From Octopus sinensis (taxonomy: Eukaryota): DNA of 64,000 nucleotides. Position numbers and translations under genes: made by a program. The stretch lies in NCBI RefSeq assembly GCF_006345805.1, contig NC_043013.1:25730001-25794000 (forward strand), in the 5' to 3' direction. Below the pieces are notes generated by a model. The model ran no database searches, was not told the DNA's origin, and was given only the letters and a program-made list of their open reading frames with translations. How positions within the stretch are numbered: position 1 is the first letter of the stretch; every line of letters starts with the position of its first letter. Below are positions 35,503-48,953 of the stretch, piece by piece.

Positions 35503-35745
35503 CAGAGGTTCCAACATTATTTTGCTTGTGGACCCCTTATATGCACATGTAAATTTTTGAAATAAAATATTTGTTTGTAGGTTCATAAAAACTAACAAAG
35601 AAACAATTTTGTTATATTCATAACATAAATTCCAAATGTAAATCTTGATAATTTCAAATACAGGTACCTCCCCTTATAAACAAAATTTATATATGGACCC
35701 ACACATTACAATTTTTTACTCATGGCCCCCAGTTGGGAACCCCTG
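35503..35745. mobile_element. hAT-type MITE
   Basis: TIRs CAGAGGTTCCAAC / GTTGGGAACCCCTG; 8-bp TSD GTCTAAAC / ATCTAAAC. Confidence 0.7.
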
Positions 35746-35879
35746 ATCTAAACCAATAGGTACACTGCGTAAGTGGTGTAATTGGCAATCCATTAGGATC
35801 CAGGTTCACAATAGAGGCTCGAGCTAGAAATTCGTTGCAAGCTTCCTTGATAATATATATATATATATATATAATGTGT

Positions 35880-36212
35880 GTGTGAAGGTGCATGGCTGAG
35901 TGGTTAGAGCATTGATCTTATGACTGTGAGGTGGGTTTGAATCCTGGACCGAGCTGCATATTGTGTTCTTGAGCAAGACACTTTATTTTATGTTGCTCCA
36001 GTTCACTCAGCTGTAGAAATGAGTTGCAGCGTCACTAGTGCCAAGCTGTATTGGCCTTTGCCTTTCCCTTCGATAACATCGGTGGCGTGGAGCAGGGAGG
36101 CTGATATGCATGGGCGACTGCTGGTCTTCCATAAACAACGTTGCCTGGACTTGTGCCTTGGAGAGTAACTTTCTAGGTGCAATCCCTTGGTCATACGTGA
36201 CCGAAGAGGGTC

Positions 36213-36215
<3 letters not shown>
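35880..36215 (+). mobile_element. tRNA-derived SINE family D (relatives at about 59440-59752 and 61380-61672, minus)
   Basis: GTGAAGGTGCATGGCTGAGTGGTTAGAGC head, TGTTCTTGAGCAAGACACTTTATTT..GTTGCTCCAGTTCACTCAGCTG body. Confidence 0.7.
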
Positions 36216-36248
<33 letters not shown>

Positions 36249-36296
36249 TTTAGAAAAACAAATCCAGAGAAGAAGCACACTCTAAGCAGAGCAGTC

Positions 36297-36531
36297 TATA
36301 TTTTTCCCTGGTGAAGGCCAGTTTATGGGGTTACCCTGGGTTTCTTGTCCGTAAAGGGTTTAACTTTATGGCTATCATCAGACAGTTGATTCTAAAACTT
36401 CTTTAAAATATTTTAAAGCAGTCTTAGGCCAACAGATCTTGGAGTCTGATGATGCGCCATAAAGTTAAACCCTTTATGGACAGGAAATCCAGGGTAACCC
36501 CATAAACCAGCCTTCACTAAGAAAATGTATA
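36297..36531. mobile_element. Palindromic MITE with about 85-bp inverted arms
   Basis: 36297-36383 is the reverse complement of about 36443-36531 with few mismatches; TA-rich ends. Confidence 0.7.
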
Positions 36532-37459
36532 TGTATATAAAGGCGGTGCTCCAGCATGGCCACAGTCAAATGACTGAAGCAAATAAAAGTATAGAATAAT
36601 AGACAAGCTGCATTCAAAAAGTATCCGTCATTATTTTCCCCACTGAAACCAATCCCATGTGGGCAAAATCCTTAGAGTGGGAGGTGATGTGGCCCTTCTT
36701 ACATACATTGTCCATGTTTATAACATTCCTTCACTTCTCTTAACTGCAACAAAGTCAAGACTTAATTTCCAAGATGCTGAAATCCTCCAACAAATGGGTG
36801 CAGATATCGCTGATTTGGAACCACTTGGTTCTAGATTTGATTGCCCTCAAGTTGACTAATGCAATGTGACCTTGTGAGTGGAAACTGTGCAGAAGCCCAA
36901 ATATCTATTTATCTGTCTGTCTATCTACCTATCTCTTTATCTGTCTCTCTTTCTCTCTCCCGCCCTGTATGTATGTATGTATATATATATATATATATGC
37001 TTATTTAATCATTAAATGGCACATGGTTTTAAATAAGGAAAAAAATGTGGAAAAATCACATGTATCTTTGTAAAGCTGTAATCAGTGAAACCAGACTCTG
37101 GTCAGTTAAATACAACCTTTTTTTAATACAAAGAAACCCCTTTTAATTGTGAAACTCAAATATGTATATATGAAGACCTTTTTCTATACAAAAGACTCAA
37201 AGCAACATGTAACTCCTGACTTTTCTTTGTTCTCTTCCACTTTTGTTATATATGTTTATAAAAATTGTATGCCAAATTTACATTAAGAATAAGTATACCT
37301 ATATAATTTCAGTTGAACTATGATACAAAAACATTTATTCTATAAAAATGTATTGTTATATTTTTATTTTTCATACATATGAACTCATTGAATAAAGTTA
37401 TTCTCTATATATTCTAAAAAGTTAAACTTGTTTTAATTATACACTATATACATACATAC

Positions 37460-38400
37460 ATGAAAATTACAGAGAGAGTTATATCTCAACTAATTAAGGA
37501 TAGAATTAAACTAGATGAGATGCAGTTTGGGTTTGTTCCTGGGAGAAGTACCACATATGCCATTTTCATAGTGAGACAGTTGCAAGAAAAGTATTTGGCC
37601 AAAAGTAAGCCATTATACTTAGCCTTTGTTGACGTGGAGAAAGCTTTCAACATGCTTCCCAGCCCTCTTATCAGGTGGTCTGTGAGGAAGCTAGGAGTAG
37701 AGGAGTGGATTGTTAGAGCAGTTTAAGCCATGTACAGCAATGCTGTCAGTAAGGTGCGAGTTGGCCTTGAATACAGTGATGAATTTAACATACAAGTTGG
37801 AGTACATCAGGATTCAGTTCTTGGTCCACTCTTATTCATCATGGCTCTCCAAGCCATAACAGATGAATTCAAAACTGGATGCCCATGGGAAGTACAATAT
37901 GTTCGTGATGTTGCTCTTATTGTAAAATCTGAAGTAGAATTGGAGAAGTTCTGGATTAGCTAAGACTAAAGTTGTTAGTGAGAACGGAGATAAGACTCTC
38001 ATTCTGGCAGGCAAATTATCCTGTTCAATATGTAAGAAAGGAGTGGGATGTAATCCCATTTGCTGCACCAAGTGTAAGCTATGGACACATAAGAGATGCA
38101 GTGGAATCATGGGAAGGTTATCAGATAAGGTCACTTTCGTGTGTGGCAGATGCACAGGAACAATACGTACTAAGAGCACGAGGGACATAAACTCAAATGC
38201 CCAGGAGGCTCTCTTGAGGTAGTAGATAGTTTCTGCTATTTAGGTGACCAAATTAGTAAGGGTGGTGGATGCTCTAAAAGTATTGTTTCTAGAATAAGAA
38301 TAAATGGAGGAAGTTCAGAGAACCACTACCTCTGTTGGCAGCAAAAGGACTCTCTCTCAGAGATTGTATAATGCTTGTGAGAGCAGCTGTGTTACATGGT
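37460..38400 (+). mobile_element. Decayed RTE-clade LINE reverse transcriptase fragment
   Basis: QFGFVPGRSTTYAIFIVRQLQEKY...AFVDVEKAFN, GVHQDSVLGPLLF, and YVRDVAL (decayed YADDL); stops and frameshifts. Confidence 0.9.
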
Positions 38401-40278
38401 AGTGTAAAACAAATACAGTCATACAAATATATATATATATATTTATATATCATCATCATCATCGTTTAATGTCTGTTTTCCATGCTAGCATGGGTTGGAC
38501 GATTTGACTGAGGGCTGGTGAACCAGATGGCTGCACCAGGCTTCAATCTTGATCTGGAAGAGTTTCTACAGCTTGATGCCCTTCCTAACGCCATATATAT
38601 ATATATATATATGATGGGCTTCTTTCAGTTTCCTCTACCTAATCCACTCACAAGGCTTTGGTCAGCCCAGGGTGATCGAAGATACTTGCCCAAGGTGCCA
38701 TGCAGTGGGACTGAACCTGGAATTTGGCTATATATATACACATGTATATATAATATATATACGTCTAATATGATATATATAGCCATGGCTATATATATAT
38801 ACATCTAATATAGTAAATGCAAAAACTAATTTCTGTGTGTAGGTGTGTCACACTTTCATCCCCCTCTCTCACTATTCAATGACACTTCTACTATTGCTCA
38901 TGACAGTAATAGTAGGCATAGAGACCGTGAGGGCAGTGGCAAAGACAAACACACAGAGAGAGGGAGTGAGTGAAAGAGAGACAAAGAAATTTAGGGAGAG
39001 TTGATGTTTTATTAAAAGTAGTAGTGTTGATGGTGGGAGTAATAAGAGAGAGAGAGAGAAAGTGTGGGTATCAGAGAGACTGAACCAACATACTGCATGA
39101 ACACACATTCAGCCTTTTTGTGATGGTAATAGGGTGATAGTAATAGTATGAGCAGTAGTTCTGATAGAGGCAGAGGTGATGATGGTGGTGGTGGTAGCTG
39201 AGGGGGTCAGGGATGACAGTGAGAGGAAGGAATGTGAAAGATAGTGGTGATGGGGGTGAAGGGGAAGGTGGCAAAGTCAAAGGTATTTATTCATCCTGGT
39301 TCATCACCCTCTCTCTATCTCTACATTTACTCGGCATCCTTCTATCACTGTAGCCCCCCCCCTTCACATCATCGCCTAATTTCTCATCAACAGAATCTTA
39401 TTACAATGCTACTCCCCACCCCCTTTCTTTGTACTGCCACTCATTACTCCCTTCCTCCTGACCCACTCCTACATCCTTCACCTTCCACTAAACTGATATT
39501 TGCCACTGACCATTCTCTCCTCCTTCCGTTTGATCTTCACTGCATCTCCTATACCCCTACCTCTCGAGATCTGTTGCTCACCTCACACTCTTGTGAACTT
39601 AGCTGATTACCTGTTCCGCTGTGACCACCCCATCACAGCCACCTCCTTGTACTTTAACAATACATCCTGACATCACACCACCATCGACACCACTGGTTGG
39701 GTTAGCCACATATCTCCTGTCTTGCAAGAGCCTTGTTCCTATCCTTTTATCATATACTTGCCTCTCAACACCCGGAATAAGCCACTTCCATCAAGAAAGT
39801 TGTCTTACAAGCAACATGGTGGCTTCACTAATGCTGGTGCCACATAAAAAAGCAGCCAGTACACTATGTAAAGTGGTTGGCATTAGGAATGGCATCCAAA
39901 CCATGCCACAACAGACATTGGAGCTTGGAACAGCACTCTGAACATTTAGCATTATGTTTCTATTGTTTCTGTCCTGTTGTTATGGAAGCAGTACTGGACG
40001 AACCATTAAAGCCCAATAAGCATGAGCTTAGAGCATCAAGACAAGATGGTGGTGGTGGTGGGGCACCACAGAAATGGCGAATGGTTTACAGCCCAAAATA
40101 AATCACTTTAAACTTGCTTAAATAAACATTATTGAGTGTACCTTTCCAAATATAGACATTGCCTTTCTTATATCTTTAACATTTTTGGTGAGTTGGTAGT
40201 CGCGTGTTCGAATGTAACAATGTATCAATATAGCATGGAAATATGCAGGTATAAATATCAGAAGCTCAATTTTGTTTT

Positions 40279-40537
40279 TAACCCATTCATGCCGAAATTT
40301 TTCTAGTGAATGAAATTGCCTGAAAATTCAGATACTATTATTTTGAGCTAAATAACTAATGAAAAAAAAACAAAACATTTCATTGAAAATCGTTTGATAC
40401 AAACTGCATACACGTTAAGAACATGTTTCATTCTTTGATACAGATCATACACAAATCACAATTTGTATCAAGTACTTGTTTTATAGCCTTATAAATTAAG
40501 TGTCAGCTTAAACGGATGATTGGCATGAAAGGGTTAA
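40279..40537. mobile_element. TTAA-type MITE, third family
   Basis: TTAACCCATTCATGCC ... GGCATGAAAGGGTTAA terminal inverted repeats. Confidence 0.6.
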
Positions 40538-41289
40538 AGTATAATAATTTATTCGAGAGTGTTGACAAGTGCTGAGCAAAGTGAGCGTGGCAAGACTTCC
40601 TCGGGAGGAAGTCTTTCCGTGAGCGTAGATATGTAATAGTCAGAGGGAAGCCATAAAAACTTACAATTGCACAATTAAGTTTGCAGTGCTAAGGATGTAA
40701 GAAACACAAACAGGCAGCAACCGGTGGGACGAAGGCTGGCGTGAAATGTCAAGATCTGTCTGCTGACGGTTGTGCAGCTCTCCTTGCAGATGGTTGTGGC
40801 ATTAAAGTCTTCTGCCGACTGGCTGCATAAAAGACTGCTCTTTTTTTTCCTTTTGTGGAGATGGCGAGTCATGTATCTATGCGCGTGGTGATACGTTTGG
40901 CCGCACACTAGCCATATCACGCATAAATATAAGACCACTACGCCAGAAGAAAGTAGTTCCACTACACATTAAATGGTCACAAATTACTTAGGCGAACATT
41001 CATTTTTTCAGTTGAATCATCATCATCATATATTAAAACCCATATCAGAACAACCATGCAACAAAGCAGGCTGGATGCTTTATCTCTACTAAGTATAGAA
41101 GCAGATGTGTTATGTAAGATTAATTTTGATGATCTAATCAAAGACTTTGCAATTAAAAATAGGAGGAGAAAACTTTTCAAATATACATAAAGCAGAAATA
41201 TACAAAAATAAACATTATTTTCCATCTTACTGTTAGTTTTTTTCATCATGAATGATAATTTATTTCCAGGTTTATTATGCTTTATATTT

Positions 41290-41897
41290 AAAGGCGGCAA
41301 GCTGGCAGAAACGTTAGCACGCCGGGCGAAAAGCGTGGCCGCATTTCGCCTACCGTTACGTTCTGAGTTCAAATTCTGCCGAGGTTGACTTTGCCTTTCA
41401 TCCTTTCGGGGTCGATAAATTAAGTACCAGTTACGCACTGGAGTCGATGTAATCGACTTAATCCGCTTGTCTGTCCTTGTTTGTCCTCTTTGTGTTTAGC
41501 CCCTTGTGGGTAGTAAAGAAATAGGTATTTCGTCTGCCGCTACGTTCTGAGTTCAAATTCCACCGAGGTTCGACTTTGCCTTTCATCCTTTTGGGGTCGA
41601 TAAATTATGTACCAGTCGCGCACTGGGGCCAATGTAATCGACTTAATCCCTTTGTCTGTCTTTGTTTGTCCTCTTTGTTTGTAGCCCCTTGTGGGCAATA
41701 AAGAAATAAGAAACGTTAGCACGCTGGGCGAAATGTTTACCGGTATTTCGTCTGTCTTTACGTTCTGAGTTCAAATTCCGCCGAGGTCAACTTTGCCTTT
41801 CCGGGTCGATAAATCAAGTCCTAGTTGCATTCTGGGGTCGATCTCAACAACTGGGTCCCTCCCCCAAAAATCCGGGTCTTGTGCCTAGAGTAGAAAA
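41290..41897 (+). mobile_element. tRNA-derived SINE family A, tandem multimer (three cores)
   Basis: Three successive GTTCTGAGTTCAAATTC...GACTTTGCCTTT cores. Confidence 0.85.
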
Positions 41898-42361
41898 GAG
41901 TATTGTTTATATTTTGAATTACATATACATATATGAATTGCCAAAATCTTTTAAGAGCTTACGTCTTCTATGGGTTTTAATCCAGCCCTGCAAGAATGGA
42001 TAGTTTTTCTTCTTTGATGCCATTAACTTTTGTTTTGCTGTCTTATACCATACCAAAGACCCTTCCACTGAGAGAAAGAAGGGTCTGGAGAAAGGTGCAA
42101 TGTCTGTGACCGTTGCATGCCTTCACTGACTGGTGAGATTGGAACTATTAATGTTCTTTTAATTTCAACACTTGCAGGAAAGATATGAGCGGCAGGGAAA
42201 TTCCTGACGGTCTCTATTCTGGGAAGGAAGAGCTGCTCATAGTGATTAATGAAGAAGCTAAAGGATTGGACGCAACAGGGAGAAAAAGAGAAGGAGTCAC
42301 AAGTAGGAATATGAGAATATCTGATAGGAGGTGACGTAACCCTAGTCAACTTCTTCCTGAA

Positions 42362-42581
<220 letters not shown>

Positions 42582-42582
42582 T

Positions 42583-42817
42583 AGAAGGCGGTGAGCTGGC
42601 AGAAACGTTAGCACGCCGGGCGAAATACGTAGCCGTATTTCGTCCGCCGTTACGTTCTGAGTTCAAATTCCGCCGAGGTCGACTTTGCCTTTCATCCTTT
42701 CGGGGTCGATAAATAAAGTACCAGTTACGCACTTGGGTCGATGTAATCGACTTAATCCCTTTGTCTGTCCTTGTTTGTCCCCTCTATGTTTAGCCCTTTG
42801 TGGGCAGTAAAGAAATA
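42583..42817 (+). mobile_element. tRNA-derived SINE family A, monomer
   Basis: Head to AAAGAAAT tail, flanked by (TA)n. Confidence 0.85.
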
Positions 42818-45382
42818 TATATATATATATATAATATGTGCATACACACACACATCAACATACTGCGACAGACATGTCCAACTCTTGTAAGAACAGATAA
42901 ATGAACGTAAGGTGATGATGATGATGAGGAGGATGGTGGTGACGGTGTCAAACACTTTATTCAGTTTTAATGTATTTTTCATTATTTTTTCCTACTTCAG
43001 TTATTTGGCAATTTGCTTATAATGTGCTTCTTTTGCATAAATAATAACCTAGTGAGGAGGTGGTGGAGGGTCGTGGTGCCCCAGCAGTGTCAATGACCTT
43101 TGCAGCTTCTTTCACATCAGTGAGACTGATGCAGTTGATGCTAGCGATCAACCATTTACTGCTTAAGTTTTGCGGCAAAAACGTGTTCGAAATGAATGTA
43201 GGTGTTTAATCCATTCGCATTAGAGTAAATACAGCAATAAGTTCCCCAGGACCAAGTGATGCTATGAAACCAGGTAGCATGCAATATCTGCCACCTGGGG
43301 TTTATTTAAAATTTAATGCCCCCCCCCCCCCGATATATCAGTGTGCCATGTAAAAAGCACTGGTGATGATGGTTCCACGTAAAAGGTATCCTGTGCACTC
43401 TGTAAAGTGGTTGGTGTTGGGAAGGGAATCCAGCCGTTGAAACCATGCCTGAACAGATTATGGAACCTGGTATGGTTCCTGGCCTTACCAGCACCGTTCA
43501 AACCATCCAACCCATGCCAGCATGGGCAATGACGATGGTAATAGTGTTAAGTATGAACCAAAACATAATTCTAATGTGTAGTTATGTTACTTTATATCCT
43601 GATTTCTATATCCTATCAAGGTGGATAATACCTTTGATCCTCTCTGAGTCATTAAAACATAGGGCGATTTAATGAACGGTGTTTGCCCCCAAATTATCAG
43701 GTGCTTGTGTTGACCTGCCAAGCCAAGTGAGATCATAGTCATGGCCGATACCGGTGTCAGGTCAATGGCACCTGTGCTGATGACTCGTAAAAGGCACCCA
43801 CTACATTCTCAGAGTGGTTGGCGTTAAGAATGGCACCCAGCCGTAGAAACCGTGCCAAACCAGATTGGAACTACACGTAGCCCTCCAGTTTACCATTTCC
43901 AGTCAAACCATCCAACCCATGCCTGAATGCAAACTGGACGTTAAACGAGGATTAACTTACAGGGATGTGTGTCGCTACTCGTGTCAAATATGGTAATTGC
44001 CAAATATGGTAATAGTGAAGACTAGATTGTAACAGATTGCTCCTTCAATTCGAGATGGAAATGCTGTAAGATCGAATCCAAGGAGTAATCTGTTACTATC
44101 TGAAGTCCATAGTGTTATATGTTTCATTCAAATATACGCAGAAATATGTAACGAGATCGTTACACAAAAAAAAAAAAAACGAAGAAAAGAAAAAAGAAAG
44201 AAATTATTCCAGTAATTGCCAAATGTATTTTGTCGCATAAATCATAATTTTCTAAAATTCATAGAACTCCTACCTATATTCTACAGCCACCTTAATTTTA
44301 ATAAAGCACTAATTGAAACAAAAATTGTTTTAGAAAAACTTTATATACTGTTACGTTTATATATTTGTTTTGCAAGATTCTTGATGTGAAATCGTGTGTT
44401 GAAATAATATTTATATACTGTGTTTCTCGCCAAACAAGTCCATGTAGTAAATCGTGTAAACATGTGTAAATTTTCAACTAATGTTATTTTCTTTCCAAAT
44501 CCCGCTGCATTTCATATGGAGTTTTTGGTCCTCAAAAGTAGTTTTAAAGTGTATGTCAACGTATCCTTTTTGGCAACAAATTTTGGTCCGAAAAACTCGA
44601 CTTTTATGCAGGAAAACATGGTATGTAAATGACTAAAGCAAAATTATTTTTAAAATTATTTATAATTTTAAAAATAATAGACCAACGTCATTGGTTATAT
44701 GTTTCCAATCGACCAATTCCAACATTTCTAACGGTAGAGTGACATGAGAGTCTGTATAGTTCGAAGTATTACCGAAGTCATTCCTAAAACAACGGTTACT
44801 TAGTTTTCTAATTAACTTGACTCCCCATCGATTTACTGTTCAATTATTGATTTTTCCTAAATGCTTCTCTAACTTAACTAACGTCATTGTATGGTCGCTA
44901 TACACATAGTAAACTCACCTGAAGATCTGATTTCGATTCTCACTTGGTGTAGTTTCTATAGAATTTTATTAAAAAACATTTTATCTCACGGAACCCCAGA
45001 TATTTTTCATGGTATTTTGGAGTTCTTAGGAACCCAATTTAAGAAACACTCTTCCGTTCTCTTTGTGAACACTCGTTCATTGAGCAAAGTTTATCGTCTG
45101 TATTAATGGTAATTTCTTACCTTGATAAAAGATGGCACATTTTAGAAGAGGACTGTACTGAAACTAATTGTCCAGAGTATTTTACTGGATCTGGTTGGAT
45201 GAAAAGTAAATTCAATCTCATCGGTATATAGAGAAGGAGGGAGGGATGGAACTAAGTATAGTTTTTTACCATTCTGTCAGTCTTTAGTTGTCTTTTATCT
45301 TTTTCTTGTTTCTGTCATTAGGTTGCAGCCATACTGGGGTACCGTCTTGAAGAACCTCAATGCTTATTTATTTATTTATTTA

Positions 45383-45789
45383 CTAGCAGCATAGCCGGCG
45401 TTGCCCGGGTATGTAAGAGCTCCTAGTAGGCAACGACTAATCCTAATCTAGTTCTTTCCCTCTAGGGAACGAAGGCGCATGTGTAGGTTGCAATGTCTTC
45501 TCTTCACTCGAATACTTCTATGTATACGATGTTCCTAGCTGTCTCCCGACAGAAAATGTGTTGCGTATAAAAAGCTTAGATTCTCGACCCCATGTCGAAT
45601 TTATCGATTTTTTTCAGAAGTGCGGGAACTTTCCAAAATTTTCGCTGCGTTAGTTTTGAATTATGACATTGGGCTATGTGTGTGTCAAGTTTCATCAGAA
45701 TCGGTTGAAAGCCGTGGTCAGGGTGAGGGTACAACCTGACAGACACACAGACACACAGACAGACAAACTGCCGTTTATATATAGAGAGA
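45383..45789 (-). mobile_element. Non-autonomous Helitron, shorter copy of the same family (407 bp)
   Basis: Same TC...CTAG termini, subterminal GC-rich segment and A|T insertion as 6747-7528; internally shorter. Confidence 0.8.
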
Positions 45790-45793
45790 TTTA

Positions 45794-45889
45794 TTGAAGA
45801 TCGGTACTAATTCTATGGTCTCTTTTGCCGAACTGCTAAGTTATGGGGACATGAACACACCAATACCGGTTGTCAAACTATGGATGGGG

Positions 45890-45920
<31 letters not shown>

Positions 45921-46147
45921 CATACACACACATAGACGCACGCGCATATACACACTCACATATACATATACACGACGGGCTTCTTTCAGTTTCCTTCTAC
46001 CTAATTCACCCACAAGATAATTTGGTCATTTCGAGGCTATTCGATGCTATAGTAGAAGACTCCTGCCCAAGGTGCCACGCAGTGAGACTGAACTCGGAAT
46101 CATGTGGTTCGGAAGCAAACTTCTTACCACACAGCCACGCCTGCGCC
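45794..46147 (-). mobile_element. tRNA-derived SINE family B (representative; other copies near 1885-2040, 5310-5640, 8995-9370, 15880-16230, 17625-17780, 21540-21790, 27400-27665, 38610-38720, 55570-55820, 60600-61200)
   Basis: Head GGCTGTGTGGTAAGAAG..TGCTTCC.AACCA..TG.TTCCG.GTTCAGTC.CACTG (pol III boxes) plus CCTTGGGCA.G.GTCTTCTACTATAG body, seen many times. Confidence 0.8.
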
Positions 46148-46899
46148 TGTAAGTGTTTGTTTAAAAAAATAAGACGCCTACAATAAATTTGCAATCACAA
46201 CACCTCGTCGACCAAACCATTTAACTTTTACATAAATAGATTTGAACGATTGCCTATTTTTGTATGAACTTATTCATCGTTGAATGACGTGGAACATTTA
46301 CTCTCTCACGGCTCTCTATTTTCTGCCGATGGCTTTTCATAAGAAGTAAATTGCCTGAGTGAATCGGGAATTTTGCATTGCCAGCTCATGGGGTGTTTAT
46401 TCAAACATAACACAAGAGTTTCTTTGTATTTTTAGGACAGAGCACTTAATTTGAGATTGTCTTATTTGATCCGGTGAGAGTACAGGACGTTCACTTATCA
46501 GGTGTATTCTATTACATAAATTTTTCGCATACAAGTTCGTACGCGATACAACTGTACCAAATTTCCGATCTTAAAATAATCAACGAAAAAAACTCGGTTT
46601 CAAACAACAGGTAGACTAAAAATGACATCAAATTCAACATTTTATTTTCATACCAACGACTATATTGCGTTATTTACCGTGAGAGGGACTCTCGTATGGA
46701 CACATAGAGCATAAAAACATCGGGCAGATCGAAATCACATGATCTGGCCGTTCCGTTATCCGTAACAGACGATTCAGGTTTGTCAACGATATAAATATGA
46801 GTGCTTTTATGCATCATGTGTCCATATGAGAAGTCCTCTCGAAGTAAATAACGCAGTATTCGATGTTCTAACAAAATATGCACGTTGGATTTAAAGATC

Positions 46900-46957
<58 letters not shown>

Positions 46958-47044
46958 GTGTGTGTGTGTGTGTGTAACATATGGTATAATTATAAACAGG
47001 GCAAATTTTAGCTATTTCTCAGGAGACTGAAAAAATTATGAACA

Positions 47045-47087
47045 ACCTTAATCGATTTTCAAACCTTATTGGGTCCTCATCAGAGGC
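47045..47087 (-). ncRNA. Minimal type I hammerhead ribozyme motif of Penelope-like element type
   Basis: Minus strand GCCT-CTGATGA-GGACC-CAATAA-GGTTT-GAAA-ATCGAT-TA-AGGT: core CUGAUGA and GAAA, 5-bp stem II, 2-bp stem III with palindromic UCGA loop, UUA cleavage triplet, 4-bp stem I. Confidence 0.75.
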
Positions 47088-48913
47088 GTCTACAACATTC
47101 TGGCAGTCTCCAGAGAAATAAGCAGCCAAACTGTTTATGTACTCAACAAATGCAGCATCTACTCTATGAAGGAGTCCCTAATATTTTATATATATATATA
47201 TATATATGATATTTTCTACTTCCTACGGAGTTCAGAATTCGTTAATCTAAGTGTTGCTCAAAAGGGGAAAACAATATAATACAAGATGTTATCTGAGGAA
47301 ATTAAGAACCACAAAAATAACTGAATAAATAAATAAATACAATAATGAAAAATATAGAATAAAAAAGATAAAGACATTTCGTTAACCATCAATTATTCCA
47401 GTGTTTATCTCTTATTTACAGCAGTGTACACTGACTTTTATCAATTGTTTACCTGCTGTTAGACATTACACTGCCTCCCACTCTCTCCAACCTTTTTATC
47501 TATCCACGCCAGTTACTCTGTGCTGAAAATACGAGAGCAGCTAACGATATTATATATCAAGGCACCTGGTGTTTTTCAAATTATACAATATCAGGATATA
47601 AACTAAATGCGATTTATTTTGTAATACGCCTTTTTCACTCAGATATATCCCTCTTTTCTAACTTTGTTCTTTGTTTTATTTCCCGTTACCGTCGTCTTCT
47701 TTGACCTCTGTTTTCTTCATCGCTTATACCTTATTCATTTAAAGTGATAGAGACTTAAAATCTTTTCAATCTGTAGCGGTCACCGTTGGTTACTGGGCTT
47801 ATCATCAGACGAAAGATGGTGTGGGGTGGAACGGAAGAAATGGTAATGTTTGACATCATGCCAGTCAGTATTTAGCTACAACTAAGGCCTAAAAGAGAGG
47901 CGTTCAATAAGGAGATTGATTTGTGAGGCCTGCAGTATCAAGTGGAGGTCCATGACTATCTGCCGATGTCCACTCGAGAAAAAAGAAACCATAGCCTCAC
48001 AGCTTCCTTGAATTTTAAGTCAACTTCTCGCTTCCAAGACACAAAAGCAGTCCTGTTTCGTCTGGTAGCAAAATTTCTCTGGTTACAACACCTCTTAATG
48101 CATTGAATTCTTCAAATGAAATAAATGCCACTTCGTGACAAATTTCAGAGTGGCCTGTGACCAATGTAAGAAATTGTTAGTTTAAAGGGAAAATATCACA
48201 AATGACCAAATATCTGGTTACTAGTCGAAGGTAGTTCCAAAGAAATCTTTTGTATGAGTCTATAGTTTGTTTCAGCTGTCACAGTTTAGGCCATGATGGG
48301 ATATGGACTTTGGAGTTGAATGCCTTTTGTGTGTTTGTGTCATTTTTATATAAGTGCAGTGGTTTTTCTGTATATGGTGGATCAGAGAATTTGTGAAATC
48401 TGCTCTGCTTTTGTGGTAGCCTTTTGCAAGTGGCTGATCTAGAATGCAAGAGATAAAGTGATCCAGATGCGCTTTTTAAGTCCCAGGAAGTATTTTAGTC
48501 ACGTTTTCGGTTCGTAAACCTTTTGAGAAGCAGTTATATAATCGTGGGTCTTTAAATGCCAAACAGTTGTCGTCATGGAAGACTTAAGAAGTTTAATGAT
48601 CATTTCAATGCAGATAAGGTAGGAAAGGAACTTCGATTGCGTAGATTCAGTAAAAGGTAGGATATTAACAAAAGCCTTCGAACAAGTCTCCGAATAACTT
48701 TACGTAGACTCTATCCACGAAGTAGTCTTTTTCCTACTCAAGGATATTTTTGGACGAACACATTATGAAACTGGAAAAATATATTAAAGACATATTAAAG
48801 CTGTGATTGATGTGAAAGGCGGGGGGGGGGCAGCCTTTGCATTAAATAATAAAGTTTCCATTGGACAAGGTGTTTCTGTTATTTTGTCCAAGCGCTGTAT
48901 GTACGCGCGTGTT

Positions 48914-48953
<40 letters not shown>

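Noticed and set aside
36440-36475. Other CTGATGA occurrences (36445, 11488, 14485, 28309, 34788, 43776) as hammerheads or C/D-box snoRNAs
   Set aside because: No stem II plus GAAA arrangement and no terminal stems; the 36445 instance is part of a MITE arm.
41290-41420. tRNA genes at SINE heads (A/B boxes)
   Set aside because: Boxes continue into SINE bodies present in many copies; no cloverleaf could be folded.
43020-43200. Short open frame on the minus strand (…SKWLIASINCISLTDVKEAAKVIDTAGAPRP…)
   Set aside because: No recognisable family, weak splice signals and no neighbouring exons; would need BLASTX or RNA-seq.
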